The position numbers and the translations under genes were made by a program. A stretch of DNA of 64,000 nucleotides. Origin: Cirrosporium novae-zelandiae (Eukaryota). Shown here one piece after another: positions 1 to 12,633 of the stretch (position 1 is the first letter of the stretch; every line of letters starts with the position of its first letter). Below the pieces are notes generated by a model, which was given only the letters and a program-made list of their open reading frames with translations, was not told where the DNA came from and made no database searches. The DNA lies in assembly GCA_026023565.1 (NCBI GenBank), contig JAPETS010000027.1, positions 372,001 through 436,000 on the forward strand, in the 5' to 3' direction.

Positions 1-1177
1 TTTCTTTTTTGAATGTTGGAACTTGGGGATACGATTTAATAGTGGATTGGTCGTCATCATTATCAAAACCAAACGAAGTTGCATTAGACGTTATGCCCGA
101 ACGTATTCCAGTCATACTAGAGAATATCGAAGGCGCTTCCGTACTTGACATACTTGAGCTAGTATCAATGGATCGCTCATACAGGCCGCTTGCTTTTGGG
201 GTTGGGGTAGCTGAAGCTTCACGATACGACCTTCGTGCTTCCGATTTATTTTTGGTGACATTTCTAGGTGAATTTAACCGGCGTTTATAGGATGATGGGC
301 GGTATTCGGAATTCTGAGATGTAGAGATGTCAGTAGTAGAAACGTCCTGATCAAAGCACTCGATTAAACTGTTTTCTAAATCACTATAGGAGTCTTCGTC
401 CATAAACACTGGAGAGCTGGGGCAATCGTAGAATACCTCGTCATCCTCCAAAGACTTTCTCTTGGAAGATTTAGAACCAGCTCTGGAGACGTCATCATTT
501 GTTGTATCGGGTGCTGTTATTCTTTCTAACTTTCGAGCCGTAGAGCCAGCTGAAGGGGATTCCAATTTGTGAAAGTAATAATCAATTGTCGGGCTTGCTT
601 TAACCTTTTTGCTCGATGAGATATTGCTGACGGCCTGTGGATCTTCCCCGGCAGAGACCTCTGGTGGTAATACAGGTGTTGACCTTTCTTGGGCCATACT
701 TGCATTATCGTCATACAAGTCTGAATTTGATCGAATTCGGCCTTGGACTAGGTAGCATTCGTCGTAGAGAAGCTTTTCCAGATGCGCTAGTAACTTCGGG
801 ATGGCTAATTCATCTATTCTATTTCTCTTGAGAAAGGAAGATTCCAACAATAGACTGTTGGAGCGCGAGATTGATGGAAGGACCTCCTCTTCTTGATTGG
901 GCTTCCACCTCCATTCTGACCTTATGAATTTTGCCCATTCCTCAAAATCCTCTATCACGCGGTTAAGTGCATGGCCATCTTCGTTGTGCAAATGTTTAAT
1001 ATAACCCAAACAATTGTTCCTTAAAACATTGACGCCGTTTTTACTAAGATTCTTGCGAGAGGGCGACCACAGCGCTGGGTCGTGAAAAGGCAAATCGAGG
1101 TTCCATCGGCTATTGAGAAGTTGAACATAGGCATTAACGCCAGCATCGGATTTGGATGGGGTGTAAGGGGCATTCAT
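1..1177 (-). CDS. 5' part of a probable QDE-1-like RNA-dependent RNA polymerase (runs off the left edge)
   Basis: My manual translation from ATG 1177 stays open to the window edge (about 392 codons; absent from the ORF track because there is no stop): MNAPYTPSKSDAGVNAYVQLLNSRWNLDLPF..SPSRK..CLGYIKHLH..ALNRVIEDFEEWAKFIRSEWRWKP. This resembles, from memory, the Neurospora QDE-1 N-terminus (TP.K..LN..YNL.L..TP.R..LNQA..F..AK..S.W..K). A Ser-rich disordered linker follows. The catalytic DxDGD motif is not in the window. Confidence 0.6.
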   Translation of the reverse strand, partial: MNAPYTPSKSDAGVNAYVQLLNSRWNLDLPFHDPALWSPSRKNLSKNGVNVLRNNCLGYIKHLHNEDGHALNRVIEDFEEWAKFIRSEWRWKPNQEEEVLPSISRSNSLLLESSFLKRNRIDELAIPKLLAHLEKLLYDECYLVQGRIRSNSDLYDDNASMAQERSTPVLPPEVSAGEDPQAVSNISSSKKVKASPTIDYYFHKLESPSAGSTARKLERITAPDTTNDDVSRAGSKSSKRKSLEDDEVFYDCPSSPVFMDEDSYSDLENSLIECFDQDVSTTDISTSQNSEYRPSSYKRRLNSPRNVTKNKSEARRSYREASATPTPKASGLYERSIDTSSSMSSTEAPSIFSSMTGIRSGITSNATSFGFDNDDDQSTIKSYPQVPTFKKE

Positions 1178-3264
1178 GAAGGCCGAGTCTAAATCGGAAC
1201 ATAAAGAAAGTATTCAAAATGGAGGAGAATAAATGATTAGCCGGGAGGAATAAAAAGTCGATTGTGCATCATGCAAAGGGTTGAACATTTGTTGACGTTG
1301 GAGAGTTGGTGTTGATAAAGTGGTACAGGAAACTTGAGATGGCATTGCGCATCCAATCAATTAGGTTTAGACATTTCCACATTCCCTTTCCACCCCGCAG
1401 ACTTTCAATCTGGTTCGACGCCAGGAGAGTAGGACGCCTATCTCGACGGGCCGCCCCTAGCGAGAACGCATCATTTCAAACATGGAAAAAAATAAATACT
1501 TTGTTATTTGTCACAACTGCGGGTTTTTTTTTCATTTGATAATTAGTATTGGGTTATCCTATGTATTTATACTTAATAGATGGACTGTTCAGATATTAAC
1601 TATTTATCACTATCTTGGTTTTGGACCCATTAACGCCGCACGCTTAGTTCACTTCTCATTGCCTAGGTATTATTAAGTCAACAATCTCCGTGCAACAAAC
1701 GAGCGTCTAAGGACACTAACGTCATGTACCATATCATTTCCTAAGTAACCAAGGCATCAGTCGAGAGCAACAACAAAGAGCAACTTCTCTTCTCCACCGA
1801 TAGTCGATATCTTACATGTGACAATGAAAATGCTATTTTTTGCTTCACTTTCTTATTGTTGCATGTTCATAACACTGGGTAGAGCTGGATATCAAACTAG
1901 CTTGGCGAGCTGATATCAATACATAATCCATTGGACCAGGATGGAGCACGTCAAATACGATACCAAGACTCGAATCGGTAACGGTTGCAAAGTGGCTCAC
2001 CTTGCTCACCTCAGCAATTCACTAATTAAAGGAATTGATGATACCATGTCGGACGAAATTACAGCCGCAGGCAGCAAGAGATGGATGGATCATGGAAGAT
2101 GTACATGTACTTGGCATAATCGTACAAAAGTACAGGCTGGTGTATTCACCAAGACTTTCACCTTGTCCGATATCATCATATCACCCCTTAACAGAAGATT
2201 CCGAAATCCAGAGTTTTGAAGTTTCAAAGAGTGAAAGATGTTGCAGATCGGACAAACTTTGGACCGTCCAAGGTTTGATTCGCCATAGCCTTTGGCTCAT
2301 GGTTGTTTCGACAAAGTTCCATTAATAAAGTTTTTTGTTAAATCCTAAATCCGGCCCATTTTGAACCGAGGGCCCGTATCATAATATCCTATAAGCCAAT
2401 CATAATTCATTATTCCTAATGCATCTTAGGTATAATAGTGGATAAGCTTGATTTTATGACGAACTTGAATGACTCGTCACCCAAATAACCCAAGGTGGTA
2501 GTTTTTCGGATGGTCCTCTTCCCTGATTCAGTCAAAAGGATCATGGCTTAGATCCGATGTGGGGATCACTAGCATCATAGACTATCAGAGACAACTCTCT
2601 TTGATTAACTTTCTCAATCCCTTTTTCCATTTTTTAAAATACTGTACCATAACCAATTTATAATACAGAAATGATTTGAGAGGACAAGGAGAGACATATA
2701 TATCGTTTAAATGAGGGAAAGAGAGATTGAAAAAATATTGTTATCAACTGGAATAGGTTGAAGGAATAGACGCGTGGACTATATAGAGTAGGAAGCCGGT
2801 GTAATCAGAAAACATTCCGATTGGATTATGGTGTATCTGTTCTCGGAAATACAAGGAAGGCATAGCCGAAATACGCCATTGATACCTCGGACTCGCTATT
2901 CATCGTCATGAATCACCATGAATCACCATGAGTAGTGCCAACCAGAAAAGTCAATTTGACTCACAGTTCAAAAAAATGGCGGAGAGGGCGGGTACAAGCA
3001 CGCCGACTTACTCTCTCACTTCAGGGTACTCGAGTAGGGCTTGTCGGTCCATCGGCCGTTACAAGTGACCGTTACGCCGTTAAGCCTTTGGATAATTGGC
3101 CATCTCTCGAATCATTGCCTTGCCAATTCGCCTTGACTACCTTTTTTGGACTCCAAGCGGACTTCCTGGTTGTCCCTTAATCTATCATCTTCAAATCTCT
3201 TCAAATGATCCGATTAGAGCCAAGCATTTTACCATTTTACCATGGCCTTGACTAGGCAGACTGC

Positions 3265-3280
3265 CCCACGTCGACGTGGG
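3265..3280. promoter_or_regulatory. 16-bp perfect palindrome CCCACGTCGACGTGGG upstream of the ABC transporter
   Basis: Read directly, about 240 bp upstream of ATG 3518. Function is inferred only. Confidence 0.3.
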
Positions 3281-3517
3281 TCATCCTCGTCGGCTTACAA
3301 AAAAACATTTCTTCTAGCTTACGTTAAGACGTCCTCAAAAACGCTCGTCTTCCCTTCTTCACTTTTCTATCAAATTTTTCGCATCTTTTGCCCTCCTCTC
3401 CCTAGTTGCAGATGAGCATTTCTTTCTAGTTGCATTATCCCTTTTTTAATTTGCCTAGACTATCGTACCCAAAACTTGTTATCAAGTTATCTGACAAGCT
3501 CCAAGAGCTTCGCCAGG

Positions 3518-6500
3518 ATGGCTGAAAAGATGGATGCTCCAAACAACGTGAGCCAGCCTGATGACTCTATATCCATCACTCGTCGGTCTTCCACCTCCCG
3601 GACCATAACCGAGGACCAGGACAAGGAGAGAGAAAAGGTTCGCGCTCGCAATCCGAACGGATTCTCAAGGACAACGTCTGGTGGTGTCGATGTTGTGAGT
3701 GCCGAAGAGGCATTTCAAGAACTCAACAGACAGTTTTCCAGAACCTCTCGGTTGAGCCGCCAGCAATCACGGGTCTCTCGGACGAAGAGCAGAATAAGCA
3801 GCCACAAGAAAGATGTAGAAGATGCTGATGTTGAGAAATTGAGCATGGAAGAGTCTGAAGAGGCTTGGGATTTGGAGACAACACTACACGGAAACAGAGC
3901 CGCCGATGAAGAGTCTGGAATTAGGCCAAAACGTATAGGTATGTCGTCTATCTAGGTGTCTATATAGAGTATTTTGTGGCTAATCCGTTTCTGCGTACCA
4001 GGTGTCGCTTGGGAAAACCTAACCGTGAAGGGTATAGGAGGCGTCAGAAATATTGTTAAGACCTTTCCTGATGCTTTCGTCTCATTTTTTAATGTCCCCG
4101 GCACAATCATGAGCATCCTTGGTGTCGGTAAGAAGGGACGAGAGTTCAACATTCTTCAGAACTTCCGAGGGGTGGTCAAGCCTGGCGAAATGGTCCTTGT
4201 ACTAGGCCGTCCTGGGTCTGGCTGTACAACATTCCTTAAGGTCATTGCCAACCAAAGATATGGATACACCAGTGTTGATGGAGAGGTTCTTTATGGACCT
4301 TTTGATGCAAAGACATTTGATAAAAGATATCGAGGTGAAGCGGTGTATAATCAAGAGGTACAATCCCTAAAACGATTAATCTTCCAGTTGCTAATTATTG
4401 CAGGATGATATTCATCATCCCACCTTAACAGTGGGCCAGACGCTTGGATTCGCCCTTGATACAAAGACTCCTGGTAAGAGACCAGGAGGGATGTCGAAGA
4501 ACGACTTCAAGGAGAAAACCATCGACTTGCTGCTGAAGATGTTTAATATTGAGCACACTAAAAACACCATTGTCGGGAACGCTTTTGTCCGAGGCGTTAG
4601 TGGTGGTGAGCGTAAGCGCGTGTCCATTGCAGAGATGATGGTTACGAGTGCAACAGTGTGTGCTTGGGATAACACCACAAGAGGGCTCGATGCGTCTACA
4701 GCACTTGATTATGCCAAATCGTTGAGAATCATGACAGATATATACAAGACTACTACCTTTGTTTCTCTTTACCAGGCTAGTGAAAGCATTTATAGCCAGT
4801 TCGATAAAGTGATGGTTATCGATGAAGGAAAACAGGTATTCTTTGGTCCTACTGGAGAAGCCCGTTCCTACTTCGAGGGCCTAGGTTACAAGGAAAAGCC
4901 TCGACAAACCACTCCCGACTATCTCACCGGCTGTACTGATCCATTTGAACGTGAATATAGAGACGACGCCGAAGGACGGAACGCACCCCAAACTGCAGAT
5001 CAACTTGTGGCCGCATTTGACCATTCGGGGATCTCGAAAGCTCTCGCAGAAGAAATGGCCACTTATAAAGCCGAAGTTCAGCAGGAGAAGCAAGTCATTG
5101 AAGATTTCAAGCTTGCTAATCAACAAGCAAAACGCCATGCACCGAAATCTTCTGTCTACGCTATTCCATACTATCTTCAGATCTGGACTCTTATGCAACG
5201 CCAGTTCTTGCTCAAGTGGCAGGATAAGTTTACCCTTTGTGTATCTTGGTTCACATCTATACTTATTGCAATTATCCTCGGTACCGTCTGGCTAAAGCTC
5301 CCCAAGACTTCTTCTGGTGCCTTCACTCGAGGGGGTTTATTGTTCATCTCTCTACTTTTCAACGCATTCCAGGCCTTTGGTGAGCTAGCTAGTACTATGA
5401 TGGGTCGTGGTATTATCAACAAGCACCGAGCATACACGTTCCATCGGCCTTCCGCTTTGTGGATCGCTCAAATCACCGTGGATATGCTGTTCGCTAGTGT
5501 CCAGATCGCGGTCTTCAGTATCATAGTCTATTTCATGTGTGGGCTGGTACTCGATGTCGGGGCCTTCTTCACGTTCGTGCTTGTAATCATTTCTGGTTAT
5601 CTGGCCATGACATTGTTCTTCCGAACAGTAGGCTGCTTCTGTCCAGATTTCGATTATGCCATGAAATTTGCTGCAACAATTATTACACTATTCGTTTTGA
5701 CATCCGGATATCTTATCCAGTGGGGATCCGAACAAGTCTGGCTTCGTTGGATCTTTTACATGAATGCTCTTGGCTTAGGGTTCTCAACTTTGATGATGAA
5801 CGAGTTTAAGCGGCTTACAATGACCTGTGACTCAAATTATTTAGTTCCAAGTGGCCCAGGCTATGACAATCTCGATAACCAAGCGTGCACACTACCAGGC
5901 GGTATTCCTGGAACGAACCAAGTTTCAGGGAAAGAATACATTAATCTATCATTCCAGTACGACTCAGCTGACCTCTGGAGGAATTGGGGTATCATCGTTG
6001 TCCTCATCGTTGCTTTTCTTATCATGAACTCTACTTTTGGAGAAGCTATAAAATGGGGTGCAGGTGGCAAAGTAAGTGTCTTTGATTTTATTTGCGGGAA
6101 TTTTGAATCTAATGGATGTTGATAGACTGTGACTTTCTTTGCCAAGGAGGATGCAGAACTAAAAAAATTAAATGAAGAGTTGGCAAGAAAGAAAGAAAAG
6201 CGACACGAGCAGAAGGGACAAGAAGAAAGCTCTGACATTGACATAAATTCAACAGCTGTGCTTACCTGGGAGGATCTTTGCTATGATGTGCCTGTCCCTA
6301 GTGGCCAACTCCGCCTATTGAGCAACATCTTTGGTTATGTTAAGCCCGGTCAACTAACGGCCTTGATGGTATGAGTTTTATGCTACTGTGGATTATACCT
6401 TTTACTGACCTTATTTAGGGTGCTTCCGGTGCTGGTAAAACCACCTTGCTTGATGTTTTGGCTGCTAGAAAGAACATTGGAGTTATCTCTGGAGATATCC

Positions 6501-8250
6501 TTGTTGACGGAAAGCCACCTGGGACTGCCTTTCAACGAGGTACATCATACGCAGAACAACTGGATGTGCATTTGGCCACTCAAACTGTTCGGGAGGCTTT
6601 CCGCTTCTCCGCTGATCTTCGTCAACCATATCATGTTTCAAGAGAGGAGAAATATAAGTATGTTGAAGAAGTCATTTCGCTTCTGGAGATGGAAGATATT
6701 GCGGATGCAATTATCGGTGACCCCGAAACCGGCCTCGCTGTTGAACAGAGAAAACGTGTCACCATTGGAGTTGAACTTGCTGCCAAACCTGAACTTCTTC
6801 TCTTCCTAGACGAGCCAACCAGCGGTCTCGACAGTCAATCTGCTTTCAACATTGTTCGTTTCCTCCAAAAGCTTGCCAAGGCTGGTCAAGCAATTTTATG
6901 CACCATTCATCAACCCAACAGCGCCCTGTTTGAGAATTTCGATCGACTACTCCTCCTTCAACGAGGTGGTCAATGTGTATACTTTGGAGATATTGGGAAA
7001 GATGCTCATGTCCTCCTGGATTATTTTGCTCGCAATGGTGCCAATTGTCCTTCAAATGCCAATCCTGCCGAATGGATGTTGGATGCAATTGGTGCCGGAC
7101 AGGCTCCAAGAATCGGCGACAGGGACTGGGCAGACATCTGGCGCGATTCACCGGAGCTAGCGAATACCAAGGAAGAAATTATCAAGGTTAAAGCTCAACG
7201 CCTTCAAGAAGTTGGAGAGGCCGCTCCGGTAGAACAAAAGGAATACGCTACTCCGCTCTGGCACCAAATCAAGATTGTCAACAAGAGAACCCAGTTGGAC
7301 TTCTGGAGATCTCCTAATTATGGTTTTACCAGACTGTTCAATCATGTTATCATTGCTCTTCTGACTGGTCTTGCTTACCTGCAACTCGACGACTCTCGAA
7401 CCTCTCTCCAGTATCGGGTTTTCGTCATCTTTCAGTTCACCGTCCTTCCTGCGTTGATTCTCTCACAAGTGGAACCAAAATATGACCTCTCAAGACTTGT
7501 CTTCTACCGGGAATCTGCTGCCAAAGCTTACAAGCAGTTTCCATTCGCTCTCTCTCAAGTTCTTGCTGAGATCCCATACAGCATCCTCTGTGCTGTTGCC
7601 TTCTTCCTTCCCATCTACTACATACCTGGCTTCCAGTCCGCCTCGAGTCGTGCTGGTTATCAATTCTTCATGGCCCTGATCACTGAATTCTTTGCCGTGA
7701 CTCTTGCTCAGGTCATCTCCGCTTGCACACCCAATAGTTTCATCGCTATGCTTCTAAATCCACCCATCATTATTATCTTTTCTCTCTTTTGCGGTGTTAC
7801 TATTCCAAAACCCCAGATTCCTGGATTTTGGAGAGCCTGGCTGTATCAACTTGACCCATTTACTCGCCTTATTGGCGGTATGGTCGTCACGGAACTTCAC
7901 GACAGGCCTGTACACTGTAAGGAGATTGAATTCAACACATTCACTGCCCCCTCTGGACAGAACTGTGGCTCGTATATGCAAGATTTCTTTGCGGCTGGAG
8001 GCCCTGGTTATCTAGCAAGTAACGTTACAGACACATGCCAGTATTGCGCATACAAAGTTGGCGACGAATTCTACTCAGCTTTGAGTTATGACTTTTCGAA
8101 CCGATGGAGAGATTTAGGCATCTTCCTTGCCTTTATCGGCTCCAATCTTATAATCCTCTTTGTCGGGGTAAGTTATTTTTGGTTCCAATTGATCCGTTCC
8201 ATCACTAACAGCTTGAATAGTCTCGGTATCTCAACTTCAATCGCCGATAA
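3518..8250 (+). CDS. Full-size PDR/ABCG multidrug ABC transporter (NBD-TMD-NBD-TMD)
   Basis: Walker A1 GRPGSGCTT, signature VSGGERKRVSIAE, CAWDN; NBD2 MGASGAGKTT, VEQRKRVTIGVEL, LFLDEPTSGLD; PDR_CDR Cys-rich loops. Five introns (3939-4001, 4358-4403, 6072-6125, 6369-6418, 8168-8220) join the ORF pieces in frame. Ends SRYLNFNRR*. Confidence 0.96.
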
Positions 8251-8987
8251 GCTATATCTTTAGCCTTTTATCGCCTAACTAGATTGCTGTTATCCTCATT
8301 CCAACTGCAAGCTTATTTAGACTTATGCGAACGTTGCCACTTTTACTCGACCAAGCTTTTCTAGTTGTGACTATTAATCAGAGATCTTGGCGTACATCAC
8401 CTCAATGGGCTGTATTAATGTTTTACAAGTATTGTCAATAGGATCTTGAGTGGACTGGGTATTAATGGTAATGGTAATGGTATCTTTTCTTTTCTCCAGC
8501 ACATAGACTTTTTGTTCGGACATAGATTTCGATATTTCTCGATTGGCATAAAGAAGAGATTGGACAAAGAAAACTCACCGAGGTAGAATGCCTCGTGTCA
8601 TGAATCAAAGTTTTTAGAATAGTAATTTAAGACTGAAGTTGCCTCAGCTATTTCACCTCCACTTTTGATTTATCATTTTCAGTTGTTCAATCAGTTTTAG
8701 TGAGGGAGATCTTCGAGCCGTGCATGGGTTCCTCAGAATCAGTTCCTACTAGGGAACACCCTTTCACTCTTTTACACTTTTGAAATTTTCAGGGAGGCCT
8801 CCAGACAACATGAAATAGACGAATGATTGTGCGTGTACGTACTTTAGGACCTTCACTTCAACTACCTCACTTTTGGTCCTTTCCTCACCAAGGCCCCTCC
8901 TTGCCTTACCTTCCTCACTTACTCAGAAATATCCCCAACCAGTCCCCAAAATTTACACTCAAACCCCTTACTCCTTCCACTACCACA

Positions 8988-9782
8988 ATGCCGCCAAAGG
9001 GCAACACAATGTCACAGCAAAACCCTCCCACACTACAGAAAGCACAGCTATACGATCACCTCCGATCTTACATCCTAGGCATCTGTATCATCATCGTCGT
9101 TGCCTTTCTCTGCGTACTCTATTTATTGTATCATGGGGAGAAGAGGATGAGGGGGAAGGGAAAGATGGGCAGTATAAGGAGATGTGGTCGCAGAACAAGA
9201 CCTGCGGACCTCGATCTCGAAAGCGCAAATCTCGACCCCAGCAACAAAAACGAAAACAGCAGCAACAACAACATAAACCCGGAACTGGATTCCTCATTTT
9301 TACAAAACTCCCCCAACTCTGCCCCGCCAGGTACTATAGCCTTCCAACTCCGACAATTCTTCGCCGCCGCTGAAACCTCAGATCAAACCTCTCCCACATA
9401 TTCCTCCTCTTCCTCGGTTTGCTCCCCGTACAGTGCTTCTACCTCTGGCTCTGGTTTTGGGTCCATATATTCTCGTGCGTCGTCGGCGTTGTCTTCACCA
9501 GTAGAGTTACGGAAATATTTTCACAGGGACGGAACGTTGAAGAGTGCGGTTAGGGCGGATTTGGAGGGTAGAAATGCGTATGGGAATGGGAACGGGAATG
9601 GGGATCTGAGTTTGAGGAGGAGGGGGAGGAGCTTGGGAGAAAGGCTTATAGGTGGGAGGAAAAGGGCGGGGAGGAGGGAACAAAGTGTGATGGGGAAATT
9701 GGTTGAGGGGGTTGTGGAGAGGTTCGTTGGGTGGGTTTTGCAGGGGACGGGGAATGGCGGTGATGAGGATTATGAGGTATAG
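8988..9782 (+). CDS. Hypothetical single-pass membrane protein with Ser-rich tail
   Basis: ATG in CACAATG context at 8988, one hydrophobic segment (YILGICIIIVVAFLCVLYLLY) followed by a basic stop-transfer stretch. No recognisable domain. Confidence 0.55.
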   Translation: MPPKGNTMSQQNPPTLQKAQLYDHLRSYILGICIIIVVAFLCVLYLLYHGEKRMRGKGKMGSIRRCGRRTRPADLDLESANLDPSNKNENSSNNNINPELDSSFLQNSPNSAPPGTIAFQLRQFFAAAETSDQTSPTYSSSSSVCSPYSASTSGSGFGSIYSRASSALSSPVELRKYFHRDGTLKSAVRADLEGRNAYGNGNGNGDLSLRRRGRSLGERLIGGRKRAGRREQSVMGKLVEGVVERFVGWVLQGTGNGGDEDYEV

Positions 9783-10213
9783 GTGGTGAGTTGTAATAAG
9801 GACGGCGAGGTATGGATTGGATTGGGGTTTGTTTTGGATTATTTGATTTGTTGTTGTGAGGGTTTACGATATGAGAGGGTTGTATGAAAGACCCTGAACC
9901 CCACAAGTTCTAAATCCCTTGGATACAAAAAAATCACGGATAGGATTTAAAAGGCTGGTTTATTCTATTATCCTATCCTAACCGATTCTATTTGGTATGT
10001 ACGATGTTGAATTTATTCCCTACTACAGCCCAATTCTAACCCCACAAGTTGATTAAATCAGAGGTTAGTGGATTCTCCTCCTCTTTACTGTATCCCCCAA
10101 CTCATGCCTCCCTCCCTCCCTCGAGATCCAAATCTCAGGCCGCCTTTAATTGCTCCTGATCGCATATTGAGTAATTCGATCATCAGCCAAATCACATCAC
10201 GTCACCATCACAT

Positions 10214-11848
10214 CTAACCTAATCTCTTCCCGAAATAGCTAATACTCCCAACCACCGCCGTCATCCCCGTGAACAAAATCAACCCTCCATACGGCGAGTG
10301 AAACCCTAGATTAGCATTCCCCTCCCCCTCCTGCTGCCACAAGCCAGAGCTCGAGTTCAACAACGCCTCACTCAGCGGCCCGGACGCCACAGCCCCGATT
10401 CCTCGTCCGGCGGACAATAATCCCAGTAGCATTCCGGCATCAGCGGTCTCGTCGCGCAGCTTAACCTCTCTGATAACGCCTGCGGCTGTGCTCACGAACC
10501 CGCCGGCGAAGAATCCGTACAAGATACTAAATATGCAAAGCATTGGTAGTGTGGTGGAGAGGCCCCAGAACAGGAATACAGAAATTGTGGCGCCGACAGT
10601 GCTGAGGAGGATAACGGTCGTGACATGGAAGTGGTCGGTTAGGAGGCCCATGATGATGGTGCTACAGACGCCGGCGGCGTTGATGAGAGCGACGAGGAGA
10701 GTGCCAATAGAAGGGTTCTTTAGATTTAGCGACTGCGTTGCGAATGTGGGTAGGTAGATTCCGGGGATGAAGTAGCCCAAGCTTTCGGCTGTGAGCCCGA
10801 TTAGGGGTAGCCAGAAGGTGGAAGTCCGTATGAAGGAGAGACCGTATCGTGGCGACTGCGAGATGCGAGAGATGGGTAGCCGTGAGTGCAGGAAGGGGAG
10901 GAAGGGAGTTGAAAGTACGAGAATGGTAATGGCCCAGATGCGGAGGGCTGTTCGGAAACCGTATTTTGTGAGGAGAGCGTTCAGGGTGAAGGGGATTATG
11001 AGGCCTGCGGCACCGGTTCCGGCCTAGGGGTTTTGTGGGTTTATGTTAGAGATGGTGGTATTAATGGGGAGGAGGGAGGAAAGACTGGGCTGGACTGGGC
11101 TGGACTGGACTCACCCACATAATTCCGAATGCCAGGCCTTTTCTTCGGATAAACCACTCGTCCACGAACATCAACGTGGGGTAGTACACGATTGATCCGC
11201 CGATGGCGTATAGGGCGCCTTGGGTGAGGGTCAAATGGCTTACCTTGGTCGCAAAGGAGCCTGCTATCAAGGCCGCGGCCATCAGGGGCAGGCCCGCCCA
11301 TTTGGATAGGTTTGCAAGTCGCGGCCATTTTTTATAGGCGGGGACGAAGATTAAACCAGTCATGTATATGACTCCCTGGGATATAAATTATTAGATACAT
11401 GTTGGAGATTACTTAATGTCATGATGGGTTCTTTGACTTACAGTTGCGGTTGTTCCTATAAGAGCAATTCCAGAAGGGTTGGCTGAAAAGGGTTCATGGG
11501 TGGTATAATATTCCTGAAAGACACCAAAGGAGAATGGAAACCCTTGGTCATTATATAAGTAAATCCAGAAGCTGAGAAGAAGAAAAAAACAATAATAATA
11601 ATAATGATAAACGAACCCCATACGAGAGCTTCGACAACAAAACAAGCAGCTAAGAATAACCAGGCCTGTTTTCCTCCATCAGCTTGTGGGAGTGAGAACT
11701 CGGGGTGGCCAGCAATTTGCTCCTCGGACTGCTGCTGCTGCTGCTGCTGCTGTTGTTGTTGTTGCTGGGAGCCTCTCGGTTCACTTCCTCCGTCATTGGG
11801 AAGATTGGTTATGAAGTGGTCCAAATGGATTTCACTCGTTGAGTCCAT
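10214..11848 (-). CDS. MFS monocarboxylate permease (MCT/Mch family)
   Basis: PQADGGKQAWLFLAACFVVEALVWG-FPFSFGVFQEYY, DEWFIRRKGLAFGIMWAGTG, GYFIPGIYLPTFA. Three introns join the ORF fragments. N-terminal polyQ. Confidence 0.92.
11729..11767 (-). repeat. CAA/CAG coding microsatellite (Q13) in the MFS N-terminus
   Basis: ctg/ttg trinucleotide run on the + strand; QQQQQQQQQQQQQ in the translation. Confidence 0.9.
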
Positions 11849-12633
11849 GGTAAAAAGTAGAGGAAAATTTTTACTAACACATTGAAAGGATACATGTATA
11901 CAAGAGAAAACAACTCTTTTTAAATTCTGTCGAATGTTAGTCAAATTGAAATGCCACGTAGAATCCTTGCGCGCCCTTTCGGACATTTAATATTAAACCT
12001 TAAAAATCCGATATGATGGTGTTGAGAACGACTGCAATTGTTAATGACTTTAAAGAAGAATAAGTCACGAAATTGGAAATTTTATCGAAGAAAATATAGA
12101 TGGCTAGAACTCTTGTAGAATAATTGAGGGATGGAGGAGTAGTACACTCGATGCAGTTATGACATATCTAGAGTACAGCCAGCCGGTTGCGTATTGTGTG
12201 TGTGGTGTTGATGAAGCGTCCAAACTACGGATGGATGCGACTTCGGAGGGTTTTGCACATACCTACCTAGGTAGCTTATCCCCCCCCCGCCCCCCCCCTA
12301 CCAAAGTCCCATGACGTTTTCCTACAAACCGTCGGGGGAAACTAGACAACGACCTGACAAACTCCCCACCAAAAACTATCAAACTCCACCAAGGTGCCCC
12401 CCCCCCACTCAATTGAGACATCTTAACCCCCCCGTGATCTTTTTATCTCTTTACTCTTTCTTCTTTTATTCCCTCATAGATTGTCTCATACATAAATTCA
12501 TCGCTTCTTCGTTGATTATCTCTCATCTCAAATACATCTCCACTCACTAGGAAGGGTTTTTTTTTCAATTTCTTATCTCAAAATCATTCCCTTTTAATAT
12601 CAAACCTTATATCCCTCAAATTAAACTGCCAAA

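Noticed and set aside
9..831. Short ORFs 9-290, 526-714 and 637-831
   Set aside because: They are antisense or off-frame shadows of the long minus-strand RdRP-like frame.
1880..2330. Two overlapping 92-96 aa ORFs
   Set aside because: No recognisable motif or splice structure; I cannot support a gene.
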